Shown here in pieces: positions 35,856 to 46,094 of a stretch of DNA of 64,000 nucleotides. The stretch is from Bacteroidia bacterium (lineage in GTDB: Bacteria; Bacteroidota; Bacteroidia; NS11-12g; UBA955): NCBI GenBank assembly GCA_044224315.1, contig JBGAKR010000002.1, positions 464,464 to 528,463 of the forward strand. Reading direction: 5' to 3'. A program made the translations under genes and the position numbers. The first letter of the stretch is position 1. Each line of letters starts with the position of its first letter. Under the pieces are notes generated by a model that worked only from the letters and a program-made list of their open reading frames with translations, was not told where the DNA came from and ran no database searches.

Positions 35856-36572
35856 ATGTTAAAAGTAGAAAACCTACAATGCGGATACCGGAATGGAACG
35901 GTAAAGGCGGTCATCAATCCGCTGAACTTCGGCGCGGCTGCAGGTGAAATGCTGCTGCTGGCTGGTAGAAACGGCATTGGCAAAAGCACCCTGCTACGCA
36001 CCCTTTCCGGTTTGCAGGCTCCCTTATCCGGACTCGTTGAAATTGAGGGTAAAAACATTGCCACCCTGCCTCCGGGCCAATGCGCCAGTTTGGTTTCTGT
36101 GCTATTCTCCACCCCACCCGAGTTGGCCATGACCAGCTGCAGCGAAGTAGTTTTGGCCGCTATGCAACGCAATTTTTCCATTTTTCAGCACAATTTTGAT
36201 GCTGAAAATGTAGTGGTAAAAAATTGTTTGGAACAAACCGAAATGGGTGCATTTTACGACCGCGATTTTGCCTCACTCAGCGATGGTGAAAAACAAAAAG
36301 TAATGCTGGCCCGCTGCCTGGCACAAGGTACACCGGTGCTGGTGCTGGATGAACCCCTGGCTTTTTTGGATTATCCCAGCCGCAGAAAAATGTTGCAAAT
36401 GCTGCAAAAAATTTGCAAACAACAAAATAAAATTATCATTTACAGCAGCCATGATTTAGACATTTCCCTGCAATTTTGCGACCGCATGCTGTTGCTGCAA
36501 GACAATGGGGAATGGGCTTTGCACCAGGATGCCGCTGCCATTAAAAATCTCGATCCGGTATTGCTTTTTTGA
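35856..36572 (+). CDS. ABC transporter ATP-binding protein (FecE/BtuD-like), no cognate permease adjacent
   Basis: Walker A GRNGIGKST, signature LSDGEKQK and Walker B LVLDEPLAFLD. Confidence 0.8.
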   Translation: MLKVENLQCGYRNGTVKAVINPLNFGAAAGEMLLLAGRNGIGKSTLLRTLSGLQAPLSGLVEIEGKNIATLPPGQCASLVSVLFSTPPELAMTSCSEVVLAAMQRNFSIFQHNFDAENVVVKNCLEQTEMGAFYDRDFASLSDGEKQKVMLARCLAQGTPVLVLDEPLAFLDYPSRRKMLQMLQKICKQQNKIIIYSSHDLDISLQFCDRMLLLQDNGEWALHQDAAAIKNLDPVLLF

Positions 36573-37288
36573 TTTTCATGCAAAAAAGAAAAGCCTTTCA
36601 GTGCAAACATTTTACCCTGGAACAAACCGAGGTGGCCATGCCCGTAACCACCGATGCCTGCCTGTTTGGAGCCCTGGCAGAATTTACCGATGGTGATACG
36701 ATTTTAGATATCGGCGCCGGTACCGGAATCCTTTCTCTAATGCTGGCCCAGCGCTATCCTACCGCTACAATTACCGCTTTAGAAATACATTCACCGGGGT
36801 TTGAAAACCTCGCAAACAATTGCCAAAATTCTCCGTTTGCCCAAAGAATAAAACCCGTGTTGGGCAATATTTTACAGTGGAAAAACGAACTACAATTCGA
36901 TGGGATAATCTGGAATCCGCCCTTTTTTGAGAATCAGCTGAAATCCGAAACTGAAACCAAAAGCCTGGCCCGCCACACCGGTGATTTAAGCTATGAGGCA
37001 TTTCCCGAAATTCTCCGTCAACATTTAAAACCCCGGGGCAAAGCGTGGCTATTGATCCCCCAAAGCCATACTGAAAAACTCAATTTTTACCTCCAAAAAA
37101 CAGGCTTTTATTTGTTGAAACAAATTAATATTTCAGCCCATAAATACAAACCCTCCCATCTGGCTATGATGCAGGTGGGCCGTGAGCCACAAACGTTTGT
37201 GAGTGAAGAATTAATTACCTACCAGCAGGCAGGAATGTATACCCCAAAAGCCATGGAAGTATTAAAACCCTTCTATTTATTTTTATAA
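36569..37288 (+). CDS. SAM-dependent methyltransferase, tRNA1(Val) (adenine37-N6)-methyltransferase-like
   Basis: FTLEQ...MPVTTDACLFGA, SAM motif I LDIGAGTGILSL and catalytic NPPFF. Resembles the TrmN6/YfiC family. Confidence 0.65.
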   Translation: MIFMQKRKAFQCKHFTLEQTEVAMPVTTDACLFGALAEFTDGDTILDIGAGTGILSLMLAQRYPTATITALEIHSPGFENLANNCQNSPFAQRIKPVLGNILQWKNELQFDGIIWNPPFFENQLKSETETKSLARHTGDLSYEAFPEILRQHLKPRGKAWLLIPQSHTEKLNFYLQKTGFYLLKQINISAHKYKPSHLAMMQVGREPQTFVSEELITYQQAGMYTPKAMEVLKPFYLFL

Positions 37289-37340
37289 TATTTACCGAAA
37301 ATATTTTGATTTCTGCTACACATTGAATAATTTCGTTGAA

Positions 37341-37559
37341 ATGAGTTGGGCCAAGTATGCAATAGAGAAGTCGGCATTTGGGGTTTGCACCTTTTTGGGC
37401 GACAAGATGGGCATTAGCACCCGCCGCATTCGTTTGTATTTTATATACACCTCCTGCCTTACCCTGGGCAGTCCGGTATTGTTTTACCTCATAGCCGCTT
37501 TCTGGCTAAATCTGAAACGCTATACCGAAGAAAAACGCACCAGCGTGTGGGATTTGTAA
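37341..37559 (+). CDS. PspC-domain membrane protein
   Basis: GVCTFLGDKMGISTRRIRLYFI followed by a TM helix. ATG at 37341 is preferred over the TTG at 37323. Confidence 0.55.
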   Translation: MSWAKYAIEKSAFGVCTFLGDKMGISTRRIRLYFIYTSCLTLGSPVLFYLIAAFWLNLKRYTEEKRTSVWDL

Positions 37560-37778
37560 GAAATCTTTTTTTTGTTTTCATAGCTAAATTAGAAGGTTTG
37601 ATTTTGAGTTTTGGCTGCAAAAAAAACCTGCAAACTAAACGACAGTACCCTGAATATTTACAACGGTTTAATTATTAAAAAATAAACCGTCTATTCCCTA
37701 AAAGACTGTTCATCTGTCGCCTCCCCTGCCTCAGAAGCAGTCAGGCAAGCCTATTCCCTATTCCCCATTCCCTATCAA

Positions 37779-39446
37779 CTAAAACGTCGTACTGCAAGTA
37801 AAGCGCACCCCACTAAAAGCGGGTTCTACCCTGCAAATACCGCCGCTGCAATTTACACCGCGTTGTTGTTTTAAATACGCAATATTAAATACCGAACTGC
37901 CTGCATTATACTGCGCAAAAAAGGTGGGATAATGCAAAACACGATCCGAAATCCCCATGTCCTCGTAGCGGTGAGGCTGCACGTTTGCCATATCTCCCAC
38001 TGCAAAACTGAGGTTGGGATTGTAATAAAATTCAATCATTCCATTGGCAAAACTGCCCTGGTCCTGCTTGGTATTTAAATATTGAAATTCAACGCGCAAA
38101 TTGCGGCGTTTGGGAAGTTTTAACACTATTTCCCCAAATGGGGTAAGGGTTTTTACATCGTCGTAGGTAGGGTGACTTTCGTACCGGGCCTGGTTGTACA
38201 ACACACTTTGCAAACCCAATTTTACTTTTAAATTATGGCCAAAATTCTGCACAATTTCGGCATACATTTCGTGAAATAAATTAATTGATTTTCCATTAAT
38301 ACCGTTTTCATTCAACGATTTTACATAACTGCCATTTAAGGTAATTTGTGTGCCTTTGCGGGGTTTAAAATCCAACTCGCCCTGTATGCCATCTTCGCCC
38401 AAATCCTGGGCCGGTGCATTGTAGCGGGCCATTAAGCGATACGTATTTTGGCGGGTTAAGGACGGCAAATACGATAGCATGCCGTTCAGCAATTGATCAT
38501 TGGGCGTAGTGCGAAGCGGAAAATTCTCAATATGCCGGGCTTGTAAATTCAACCCAAATGAGGCTTTTTGTTTTAACAGACGAAATGAATTTCCATATCC
38601 CAACGATGAATACAAAACTCTTCCATCCTTCAAATGCAGCTTGTTGTCCATTAACCGAATGGCCTCGGCCGATTTTTGGTTGTACTCCACATTCCAGGCA
38701 AAATTGCCCTTGGTATAGGTAAAGTACCCGTTCATGCCATACACATTGTACTTGGGAATAAAACGTTCGGCCACATCGTAGCTGTTAATTTCGGCTACAA
38801 TTACATCCATACTTTGGCGGTTGAGTGTGCGGTTTAAACCCGATACACCCAGGTTTATCGAACCCCCGTTGCCACCCGCTATATCCACGGTATAATCAAT
38901 ATTAGCACCCGAAATTACCTGGGGCGAATACCCGAAACGGTTGCTCAAATACCCTTTCTGATTGCCGGCAAACGCTTTCAGGTGCAAATTGGGTGTAACA
39001 TCATAAATCAGCCTGGCACCCTGCAGGGCATAGTCAATCCCGATTTGCCGCTGCTCATAAGCGCGAAACAGAATACCCGAACCCAACTGGTCGTAAAAAC
39101 TGCCGATGGTTACATCCAACTGGTCTACCTTTTTATGGATTTGCCAGTAGCCAATGCCATGGTTGGTATAGCTGCTTTGCGGATCGAGCAGGGGGGTGTT
39201 GAAAAAGCCATCATAGCGCAGGGTAAAATCAAAACCCTTTATGCGGTAATTCATAAACAACCAGGCATCCAGGCTTGAGCTGTTCTCCTGATACACCTTG
39301 GTGTTTGCCCCGATTGAATCGTCGCGGATATATTTCTGGTAATTCAGAAACAGGTTGCCACTAAACTGGCCTTTATCGTCGCTGTTTTTCTGCGCGGACA
39401 AATTCAATCCGGCTGCAAAAAATCCCAAAAAGATGATCTTCTTCAT
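37779..39446 (-). CDS. predicted outer-membrane beta-barrel protein (DUF6029-like)
   Basis: Signal peptide [19 protein letters not shown], alternating-hydrophobicity strands throughout and a C-terminal aromatic residue (..CSTTF). Confidence 0.55.
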   Translation of the reverse strand: MKKIIFLGFFAAGLNLSAQKNSDDKGQFSGNLFLNYQKYIRDDSIGANTKVYQENSSSLDAWLFMNYRIKGFDFTLRYDGFFNTPLLDPQSSYTNHGIGYWQIHKKVDQLDVTIGSFYDQLGSGILFRAYEQRQIGIDYALQGARLIYDVTPNLHLKAFAGNQKGYLSNRFGYSPQVISGANIDYTVDIAGGNGGSINLGVSGLNRTLNRQSMDVIVAEINSYDVAERFIPKYNVYGMNGYFTYTKGNFAWNVEYNQKSAEAIRLMDNKLHLKDGRVLYSSLGYGNSFRLLKQKASFGLNLQARHIENFPLRTTPNDQLLNGMLSYLPSLTRQNTYRLMARYNAPAQDLGEDGIQGELDFKPRKGTQITLNGSYVKSLNENGINGKSINLFHEMYAEIVQNFGHNLKVKLGLQSVLYNQARYESHPTYDDVKTLTPFGEIVLKLPKRRNLRVEFQYLNTKQDQGSFANGMIEFYYNPNLSFAVGDMANVQPHRYEDMGISDRVLHYPTFFAQYNAGSSVFNIAYLKQQRGVNCSGGICRVEPAFSGVRFTCSTTF

Positions 39447-39499
39447 GAAAGGTGCAAGTTTAATGAAATCAAACCAGTTGTTCACCCTTTAAGGTGTAG

Positions 39500-39507
39500 T
39501 ATCTTTG
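39500..39507 (+). promoter_or_regulatory. -7 promoter box TATCTTTG upstream of miaB
   Basis: This is the third occurrence of TATCTTTGC in the window, 9 nt before the ATG at 39516. Confidence 0.4.
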
Positions 39508-39515
39508 CATACTTT

Positions 39516-40922
39516 ATGGACACCTTGGTTACAACTCCCGCAACCGCCACCCGCAAGCTGTATATCGAAAGCTATGGCTGCGCTATGAATTTCAGCGACA
39601 GTGAAATTATTGCCAGCATTATGGGTGAGCATGGATTTGTATCTACAAACGATGAATTTGACGCAGATGTGATTTTCCTCAATACCTGCGCCATACGCGA
39701 CAATGCCGAACAACGTATTCGCGACCGGCTAAAACACCTGCGCAATAATAAAAAACAAAACCGCGACCTGATTGTGGGCGTACTGGGCTGCATGGCCGAA
39801 CGCCTGAAGGACAAACTGCTGGAAGAAGAACACCTGGTAGACGTGGTGGCAGGACCGGATAGTTACCGCGAATTGCCCAGACTGGTGGCCGAAGTAGACG
39901 ATGGTGCCCGCGCCATAAACGTATTGCTGAGCCGCGAAGAAACCTATGGCGACCTGAATCCGGTGCGCCTCAACAGCAACGGAGTTAGCGCCTTTGTAAG
40001 TATTATGCGGGGTTGCGACAATATGTGCAGCTTTTGCGTAGTGCCCTTTACCCGGGGCCGTGAACGCAGCCGCGATCCGCAAAGCATTCTCACTGAAGTA
40101 AACGAACTGGTACAATCGGGATTCAAAGAAATTATTCTGCTGGGCCAAAATGTAGACAGTTACCTGTGGTTTGGCGGAGGCCCTAAAAAAGAATTCAAAA
40201 CCCTTACCAAAGAAGAGCAGGAAAACTCGGTAGACTTTGCCGACCTGCTTGAACTGGTTGCCACCGCAGCTCCCAAACTTCGCATCCGTTACAGCACCAG
40301 CCATCCGCGCGATATCAACGAAAAGGTGGTGGAAATGATGGCCAAACACAAAAACATTTGCAAACACATCCATTTTCCGGTGCAAAGCGGCAGCTCGCGC
40401 ATACTGGATTTAATGAACCGCAACCACGACCGCGAATGGTACATGGACAAACTGAACATGATACGCCGCATTATCCCCGATTGTGGCATCAGCAGCGACA
40501 TCATCAGCGGATTTTGCACCGAAACCGAAGAGGACCACGCCGATACCCTGAGCCTGATGCAGTGGGCCGAATTTGATTTTGCCTACATGTACAAATACAG
40601 CGAACGCCCAGGCACCCCGGCCGCTAAAAAAATGGCCGATGATGTGGACGAGGAAACCAAAGGCCGCCGCCTGCAGGAAATCATTTCGCAGCAATACAAA
40701 ATGTCCAACGAGAAAAACCAGCGCTACATAGGCCAGGTGGTAGAGGTATTAATCGAGAACGAAAGCAAACGCAGCGCCGACGAGTGGAAAGGCCGCAACG
40801 ACCAAAATATCAATACCGTATTTGCCAAAGAAAATTACCAGCGCGGCGACCTTGTGAAGGTGCTGATTGAAAGCGCCGGAGCCACTACGCTGCGAGGCAG
40901 AGCCCTTGAGTTGGTGAAATAA
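39516..40922 (+). CDS. miaB: tRNA (N6-isopentenyl-adenosine37-C2)-methylthiotransferase
   Basis: UPF0004 N-domain ([16 protein letters not shown]), radical-SAM [11 protein letters not shown] and a C-terminal TRAM domain. Confidence 0.9.
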   Translation: MDTLVTTPATATRKLYIESYGCAMNFSDSEIIASIMGEHGFVSTNDEFDADVIFLNTCAIRDNAEQRIRDRLKHLRNNKKQNRDLIVGVLGCMAERLKDKLLEEEHLVDVVAGPDSYRELPRLVAEVDDGARAINVLLSREETYGDLNPVRLNSNGVSAFVSIMRGCDNMCSFCVVPFTRGRERSRDPQSILTEVNELVQSGFKEIILLGQNVDSYLWFGGGPKKEFKTLTKEEQENSVDFADLLELVATAAPKLRIRYSTSHPRDINEKVVEMMAKHKNICKHIHFPVQSGSSRILDLMNRNHDREWYMDKLNMIRRIIPDCGISSDIISGFCTETEEDHADTLSLMQWAEFDFAYMYKYSERPGTPAAKKMADDVDEETKGRRLQEIISQQYKMSNEKNQRYIGQVVEVLIENESKRSADEWKGRNDQNINTVFAKENYQRGDLVKVLIESAGATTLRGRALELVK

Positions 40923-40968
40923 AATTTCCTAATATGAAACTTTGAATTATTTTTTTAACTTTGTATAT

Positions 40969-41346
40969 ATGAGTATTATCAGAATTCCGTTGGTGTTTGA
41001 AGGCTCCCAAGGCGAAAAAACTTTAATGGCTTTATTTGATTCCGGCGCAAATTTGAGTTGTATAAATCCCGAATATTTAAATGATTTGGAAATCCCGGTT
41101 CCCTTGCGCAGAATCAGGCAAATTGGTACTGCCAGTGCACATCATTACATCGAAGTAAGTGAGGCAGTTCGTTTGGACTTCTACCAAGAAGATGTGCGAC
41201 TTAGCGACGAATTTTTAGTGGTACCGGGTCTAAGTGAAGAAGTGATCATAGGGGCAGCAACTATGCAAAAATGGCGCATGAAACTGGATTTTGAGCACGA
41301 TGCTGTACATGTTGACCCCAAGGTGGGTAAAATGCAGTTGGTGTAA
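40969..41346 (+). CDS. retropepsin-like (clan AA) aspartic protease
   Basis: ALFDSGANLSCI (D-S-G active-site loop) and the IIGAATM flap/dimer motif. A hairpin ATTTCGC-GTTTT-GCGAAAT follows at about 41373-41391. Confidence 0.6.
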   Translation: MSIIRIPLVFEGSQGEKTLMALFDSGANLSCINPEYLNDLEIPVPLRRIRQIGTASAHHYIEVSEAVRLDFYQEDVRLSDEFLVVPGLSEEVIIGAATMQKWRMKLDFEHDAVHVDPKVGKMQLV

Positions 41347-41553
41347 TTTGTAAATTACTTTCTACCAAAAAATTTCGCGTTTTGCGAAATGAGAAATGGA
41401 TCTTTGGTATTGGATTCTAAACCTGGAATCGTAAATACCCGCCAGGTTTTAAACTGTAGCGTTTTCTGTTTTTGTAAATTTCTGAAACTGAAATCTAACA
41501 TTCAGAATCAACAATCCGAAATCCTGCATCCGTTATCCATTATCCGGCACCCG

Positions 41554-41745
41554 TTATCCGGCGCCCGCTTCCACCGAAACATTTCTGCCCAGGGTTTTAA
41601 AACGTACTCCGTTTTTTTGCAACACGGTGATGGTAATATGCCCCGTTTTGCTGGTGTTTAAATCTTGCACAATGCCGGTTTTGCCCTTGTGGGTGCCAGC
41701 AATGACCCTGCAATGATCTCCGTTTTTTAAATTTTGTTCACTCAT
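41554..41745 (-). CDS. small KOW-motif protein
   Basis: GDHCRVIAGTHKGKTGIVQD fits a KOW motif. The start is taken at MSEQ (41745), overlapping the upstream stop. Confidence 0.5.
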   Translation of the reverse strand: MSEQNLKNGDHCRVIAGTHKGKTGIVQDLNTSKTGHITITVLQKNGVRFKTLGRNVSVEAGAG

Positions 41746-42221
41746 TTTATGACTGTGGTTACTCCAACCATTAATTTCCACCCGTCTCTTTTTTTCTTAA
41801 GCACACCTACTTCAGAAAATACCAAATCAGTGCTTTGGCCTGCGTTATCTTCCATATGGCTATAAACTTTAGCATTATAAGTAGCAGTGCCTGAACCTGG
41901 AACAAGGATTTCCTTAACCTCGTAGCGGTTATTTACCAATTTGTATCTGGCGGCATTCTGGTTTATTAAAGTGGCCACACTGTCATAATTAATGAATCCT
42001 TTGTATCCGGGTGGCTGCCATTTAAAATTTTCGGGTTCGCCTATAAAATCAAATTCAGCCTTTAATCCACGCTTTTTTACTGCCGCACTATACTGTTCCA
42101 GAAAAACCTGAACCTCCAACCTTATGGCAGCCTCCTCTTCTGCGGTTAAATTCAAATCCTGTGTTTGCGTGCAAGCGCCAAGCATCAGAAAAATAAGTAG
42201 TATGGATATCCAATATTTCAT
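41742..42221 (-). CDS. lipoprotein, NTF2/SnoaL-like (DUF4440-like) fold
   Basis: Lipobox LMLGAC after MKYWISILLIF. Size and pattern are compatible with an NTF2-like cone. The start at 42221 is chosen over the track start. Confidence 0.45.
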   Translation of the reverse strand: MKYWISILLIFLMLGACTQTQDLNLTAEEEAAIRLEVQVFLEQYSAAVKKRGLKAEFDFIGEPENFKWQPPGYKGFINYDSVATLINQNAARYKLVNNRYEVKEILVPGSGTATYNAKVYSHMEDNAGQSTDLVFSEVGVLKKKRDGWKLMVGVTTVIK

Positions 42222-42271
42222 AAACCCGGGTTTTGACCCGATATACGAAAATAGCATATTTCGGGTAGTTT

Positions 42272-43927
42272 TCATCCTCCCCTGTCTTTCCGCCTCCAAA
42301 CCCAATTGCCTGCAGCACTATACCCTATTATCACCATCATTGCCCTCCCCTTTGCGCCCAGGTTTTGGTATTGCAGGTTGAGGCGCAACTGATGGCCCCT
42401 GGCCGGCTGGTAGGTAATGGCACCGTTGAGGTTTTGGATGGCTTGGGCTTGTACCTTGTTTTGAAAAACCCGGCTGCTGCCATAGCTGCATTGGAGGCGC
42501 ATTTTCTTTTTTAGCAAAGAGCTGCCCAGACCCAGCGCTGGGGTGATGGCAGTGGTTGCAGATTGGGGTATTTGGGTGGCATTGTAGTTGATGGATGCCA
42601 TAAAATTCAATCCGGTTTTTACCAGGTTGAGGCTGTAGCTGGCATTGGCATTGTAAAACCCCTGGGTCAGCGGCTTTTCCAAACCGCTTTGGTCGGCGCT
42701 TTTTTGGTAGGCAAAAGATGCCTGCATGGCCGAAACCCGGATTGTATCGGCCCTGAAACTGCACTGCCAAGAGGCGGTATAGTTTTCCGACACCTGCCTG
42801 TATTGCAGGCTGTCCCACTGGCTGTAGGGATTCAATGCCTGGTTGTATTTAAAGGGTTGCTGGTTGGTGTAGCTCCTAAAGCTGCTGTAACTGCCCTGAA
42901 CCCCTATTTTCTTGGAGAGGGTAAGCTGCATATTGGCACTAAGGGCAGTGCGGTTCATTTGGCTGAGTTTGCTGCCATCCACATTGTCGCTTTGCCGGCC
43001 CAAGTTAGCACTCAGCTGCATTTTGTGTTTGAAAAAACCAGTGCTGAAACCCAACTGCACATTTTGTAAATCATTATTGAAATAGTAGCTGCCAAAACTG
43101 CGGTAATCTGGATCTACCCTTTCAAACTGGCTATGCAAAGTCCATTTTGCAAATGCCAATTCTGCCCCGATTTTAAATGCCCTGTAACGCGCTGTTGCAG
43201 CTGTAGTGATGCGAATATCCTCATTGATCCAACTGTAGCTGTAATCAGCACTTGTGCTCAAATATTTGCCCCATTTCTGATTTGCACTCAATTCCAAACA
43301 GCGATTTTCTTTGGGACTGAGGCCAGGATAATTCTCATTTGGCATACTATTGGTATCATCCAAGGCACGAAAACCCGAAAAAGATACCTGCCCACGGTTG
43401 CGATTCCAACCCAGCTTAATTCCGCGCCCTATGCGTTTGTAACAAATTTGACGATTGGTGGCATTAATGCTATCGGGCTGAACCGCTTTTAAAAACCGAC
43501 CCGAAAGCAGCTGAATCTTAAATTTAGCCAGACTCAATTCCACTGCAACACCCCGAAACAAATGCCCGTTTACAGTATACGAACTCCAATTCTGCGAAAT
43601 ATTTCCAACATGCAATTGTACCCACTTGTAAGATGGATGAAAACTTGTAAAGTTGTATGTGGGTTGGGTAAACTTGTTACCCTGATTGCTATAACTAAAA
43701 GAAAATGGTGCCTGAATAAGTGAGAAAAAACTAAAATTTAAATTGCCATTGAATATCCATGTTTGGGGTTGACGAGAAGGTCTGGGCATATTTGTTTGAT
43801 AAAACATTTGCATCCATCCCAAACTGCCAGAAACCTCAACAGGATTGGCTGTTTTCAGTGCCTCTAAATTTTGTGCCTGAATTTTAATCGCCAAAAATGT
43901 ATAAAATAATAAAAATAAATATCGCAT
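42272..43927 (-). CDS. predicted outer-membrane beta-barrel protein, last gene of the five-gene envelope operon
   Basis: 551 aa with a signal peptide (FLAIKIQAQ) and amphipathic-strand periodicity rich in Y/S/N/Q/F. It starts 5 nt after the upstream stop. Confidence 0.5.
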   Translation of the reverse strand: MRYLFLLFYTFLAIKIQAQNLEALKTANPVEVSGSLGWMQMFYQTNMPRPSRQPQTWIFNGNLNFSFFSLIQAPFSFSYSNQGNKFTQPTYNFTSFHPSYKWVQLHVGNISQNWSSYTVNGHLFRGVAVELSLAKFKIQLLSGRFLKAVQPDSINATNRQICYKRIGRGIKLGWNRNRGQVSFSGFRALDDTNSMPNENYPGLSPKENRCLELSANQKWGKYLSTSADYSYSWINEDIRITTAATARYRAFKIGAELAFAKWTLHSQFERVDPDYRSFGSYYFNNDLQNVQLGFSTGFFKHKMQLSANLGRQSDNVDGSKLSQMNRTALSANMQLTLSKKIGVQGSYSSFRSYTNQQPFKYNQALNPYSQWDSLQYRQVSENYTASWQCSFRADTIRVSAMQASFAYQKSADQSGLEKPLTQGFYNANASYSLNLVKTGLNFMASINYNATQIPQSATTAITPALGLGSSLLKKKMRLQCSYGSSRVFQNKVQAQAIQNLNGAITYQPARGHQLRLNLQYQNLGAKGRAMMVIIGYSAAGNWVWRRKDRGG

Positions 43928-43931
43928 ATTT

Positions 43932-46094
43932 TCAGTCGGGAATTACTACTACTTTTATCATTTTACTTTCACCCCGGGCTACTACTTTTAAGAAAAATAC
44001 TGATTCTGAGTAAGATTTAAATGCGGTAAATTCATAATAATCTTTGCCAGTAAAATCAATATCCCCAACAATCTCTCCAGTCACAGGATCGATCTTATAA
44101 ACGCTGATATTCTCCTTCTCCCGCAGTTTCACTATGAGCTTAAAATCCACACCATTATTGGGATTGGGACTAATCTTAAACTCCTGTATCAGAGGCCATT
44201 TGTATCCGTATTTATTGCTGATTTTTGAACTATCAGTCTTACCTAATACATGAATAAATTTCGCAAGTTTATATCCACATCCTTCATAGTTTCCATAAAA
44301 CAAAATTTTAAATATCCCGGTATCTGTAAATTTCAGATTCTGAGTGTATTTCGTAATATTTTTCGAATTCAAATCATTTCTATCACACCCCCACCAAAAC
44401 TTTTCGGGCTGCGGCTTACTCACAACTACCGCGTATACAGAATCAGAAATCATGGTTTTGGATGGCAAAAGAAAATCATGTAAAATTTCAGTATTCCTGC
44501 GTTTAATCCGAATGGTATCAGTATGCACACAGCCATTGTAATCTGAAACTTTACGAATAAATATGCCTGCATTTCGAATGGAGATGGTATCCTTAAATTT
44601 AAAGGTGTCTCTGTCATTCTCCAACCATTGCGATTGAGCATTGGGATGATTTAAACTCAAAAACAAATACTGACCTTTGCACAAAATGGTGTCCAATTTA
44701 AAGGGAGCATAAAATATATTTGGTTCAGCCACCTTTATACTTGAAGATATTTCACAGCCCTTTGCATTTCTGAAATAGAATTTATAATTGCCCGATTTTA
44801 ATTTATCAAGACTATCCGGCAATTGATGATAATGCAACCTATCTGCAGTCCACCAATATCGGGCAGTATCCGCATCAACAGCGTGCATGGCTATTCTTGC
44901 ATTCGAATCTCCAAAACATTTTAAACTATCTAATAAATTTATTTTTATACTAAAACCTTGATCTAAATTATTCAAGAGCACAAACGAATCAAAAAACAAT
45001 TTACAATCAAAACCATTCCAGGGCGTGAAATCGTACATTACACGATATTTTCCTTTCGTAAAATCAAGACTCTGAACATGATTCGGAGAAACTGATTGGT
45101 TAATCCACTTTTGACCATATAAAGAAAGTGGAGACCAGGAGGACGTTTGAAGCTGATACCGAAATTCGCGTGTACTATCCGGATGCCTGTAAAACAGCCA
45201 TATCCTTGGGCCATAATTATTATGCAAAAAAGTATCGTTTGTAAAATACAGTATTACGTCTTTCTTACTGGCACAGCCCGAATCTCGAACCCTTATGCTA
45301 TCGATTTTCATTCCCAGATAAAATTTTACGGGACCAAAAACCGGGGTACTATATTTCAGCAATCCAATTACATGATGGGTATCACACTCCACCCTATAGA
45401 AACGCTGTTGGTTATAAAATCTTCCGCCACTGTAACTTTGTTTTGCAGGAAAAAACTCCCAGCCCGTATCTACAAATTTCCAATTGTCCTTCCCATTTGC
45501 ACTTTCGTACCATTTAAAACTTGTCCCCTGGTTTAAAAACCGAAATGAACATGGAACCTGCAATTTTAAAGGCTTTTCTTGATTGGGTTCGTTAAAAAAG
45601 CAGTAAACATCCAATGGTCTTGAAAAATGACCTCCAACCCGCAAAACAGAGGTTTCATTTTGATTTAGTAATTGTTTAAAATCAATGCTTCCACAAATCA
45701 CTCCACCCCCCATGGAATTTAAATCCAAACAAGTCTGTTTTCCAAAAGGATCACTGATAGTCACCCCCGCGCAACTCACTGCATTCAAACTGCTGGCAGC
45801 GTTATAAGAGCCTAACAATACACCCTTTTTATTCCATATTTTCACGTACAAATCATAAGCCTGAAAATTGTCGTCATAAGCCAAATAGCGTGATAAAACA
45901 GTATCCCCAATTAAATCAAATGAATCCTTTTTATCGGCAAATGAAAATGCAGAAAAGACAACTTCAATGCGAACAATGCTGTCCTGACCCTTGGTATGTT
46001 GTCTATGAAAACTATACCTAACACCAATATAGCCAGTAGCTTTTAATGTTATACTTGTTGCAATAATCAATAAAAGTATAAATATTTTTTTCAT
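43932..46094 (-). CDS. large secreted protein with a T9SS type-A C-terminal sorting domain
   Basis: 720 aa. C-terminus SPNPNNGVDFKLIVKL...VYKIDPVTGEIVG...VFFLKVV...IKVVVIPD. The central region is paralogous to the 30115-31617 product. Confidence 0.65.
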   Translation of the reverse strand: MKKIFILLLIIATSITLKATGYIGVRYSFHRQHTKGQDSIVRIEVVFSAFSFADKKDSFDLIGDTVLSRYLAYDDNFQAYDLYVKIWNKKGVLLGSYNAASSLNAVSCAGVTISDPFGKQTCLDLNSMGGGVICGSIDFKQLLNQNETSVLRVGGHFSRPLDVYCFFNEPNQEKPLKLQVPCSFRFLNQGTSFKWYESANGKDNWKFVDTGWEFFPAKQSYSGGRFYNQQRFYRVECDTHHVIGLLKYSTPVFGPVKFYLGMKIDSIRVRDSGCASKKDVILYFTNDTFLHNNYGPRIWLFYRHPDSTREFRYQLQTSSWSPLSLYGQKWINQSVSPNHVQSLDFTKGKYRVMYDFTPWNGFDCKLFFDSFVLLNNLDQGFSIKINLLDSLKCFGDSNARIAMHAVDADTARYWWTADRLHYHQLPDSLDKLKSGNYKFYFRNAKGCEISSSIKVAEPNIFYAPFKLDTILCKGQYLFLSLNHPNAQSQWLENDRDTFKFKDTISIRNAGIFIRKVSDYNGCVHTDTIRIKRRNTEILHDFLLPSKTMISDSVYAVVVSKPQPEKFWWGCDRNDLNSKNITKYTQNLKFTDTGIFKILFYGNYEGCGYKLAKFIHVLGKTDSSKISNKYGYKWPLIQEFKISPNPNNGVDFKLIVKLREKENISVYKIDPVTGEIVGDIDFTGKDYYEFTAFKSYSESVFFLKVVARGESKMIKVVVIPD

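Noticed and set aside
35834-36181. 115-aa minus-strand ORF overlapping the ABC ATPase start
   Set aside because: It lies antisense within a well-supported ABC ATP-binding gene, and no motif supports it.
39729-40385. 218-aa minus-strand ORF, and similar long antisense ORFs at 42318-42818, 42563-43069, 50470-51099, 52056-52547 and 17168-17593
   Set aside because: All lie antisense to or overlap strongly supported genes such as miaB, the barrel gene, the giant operon genes and FecR. They have biased, low-complexity-looking translations typical of shadow ORFs.
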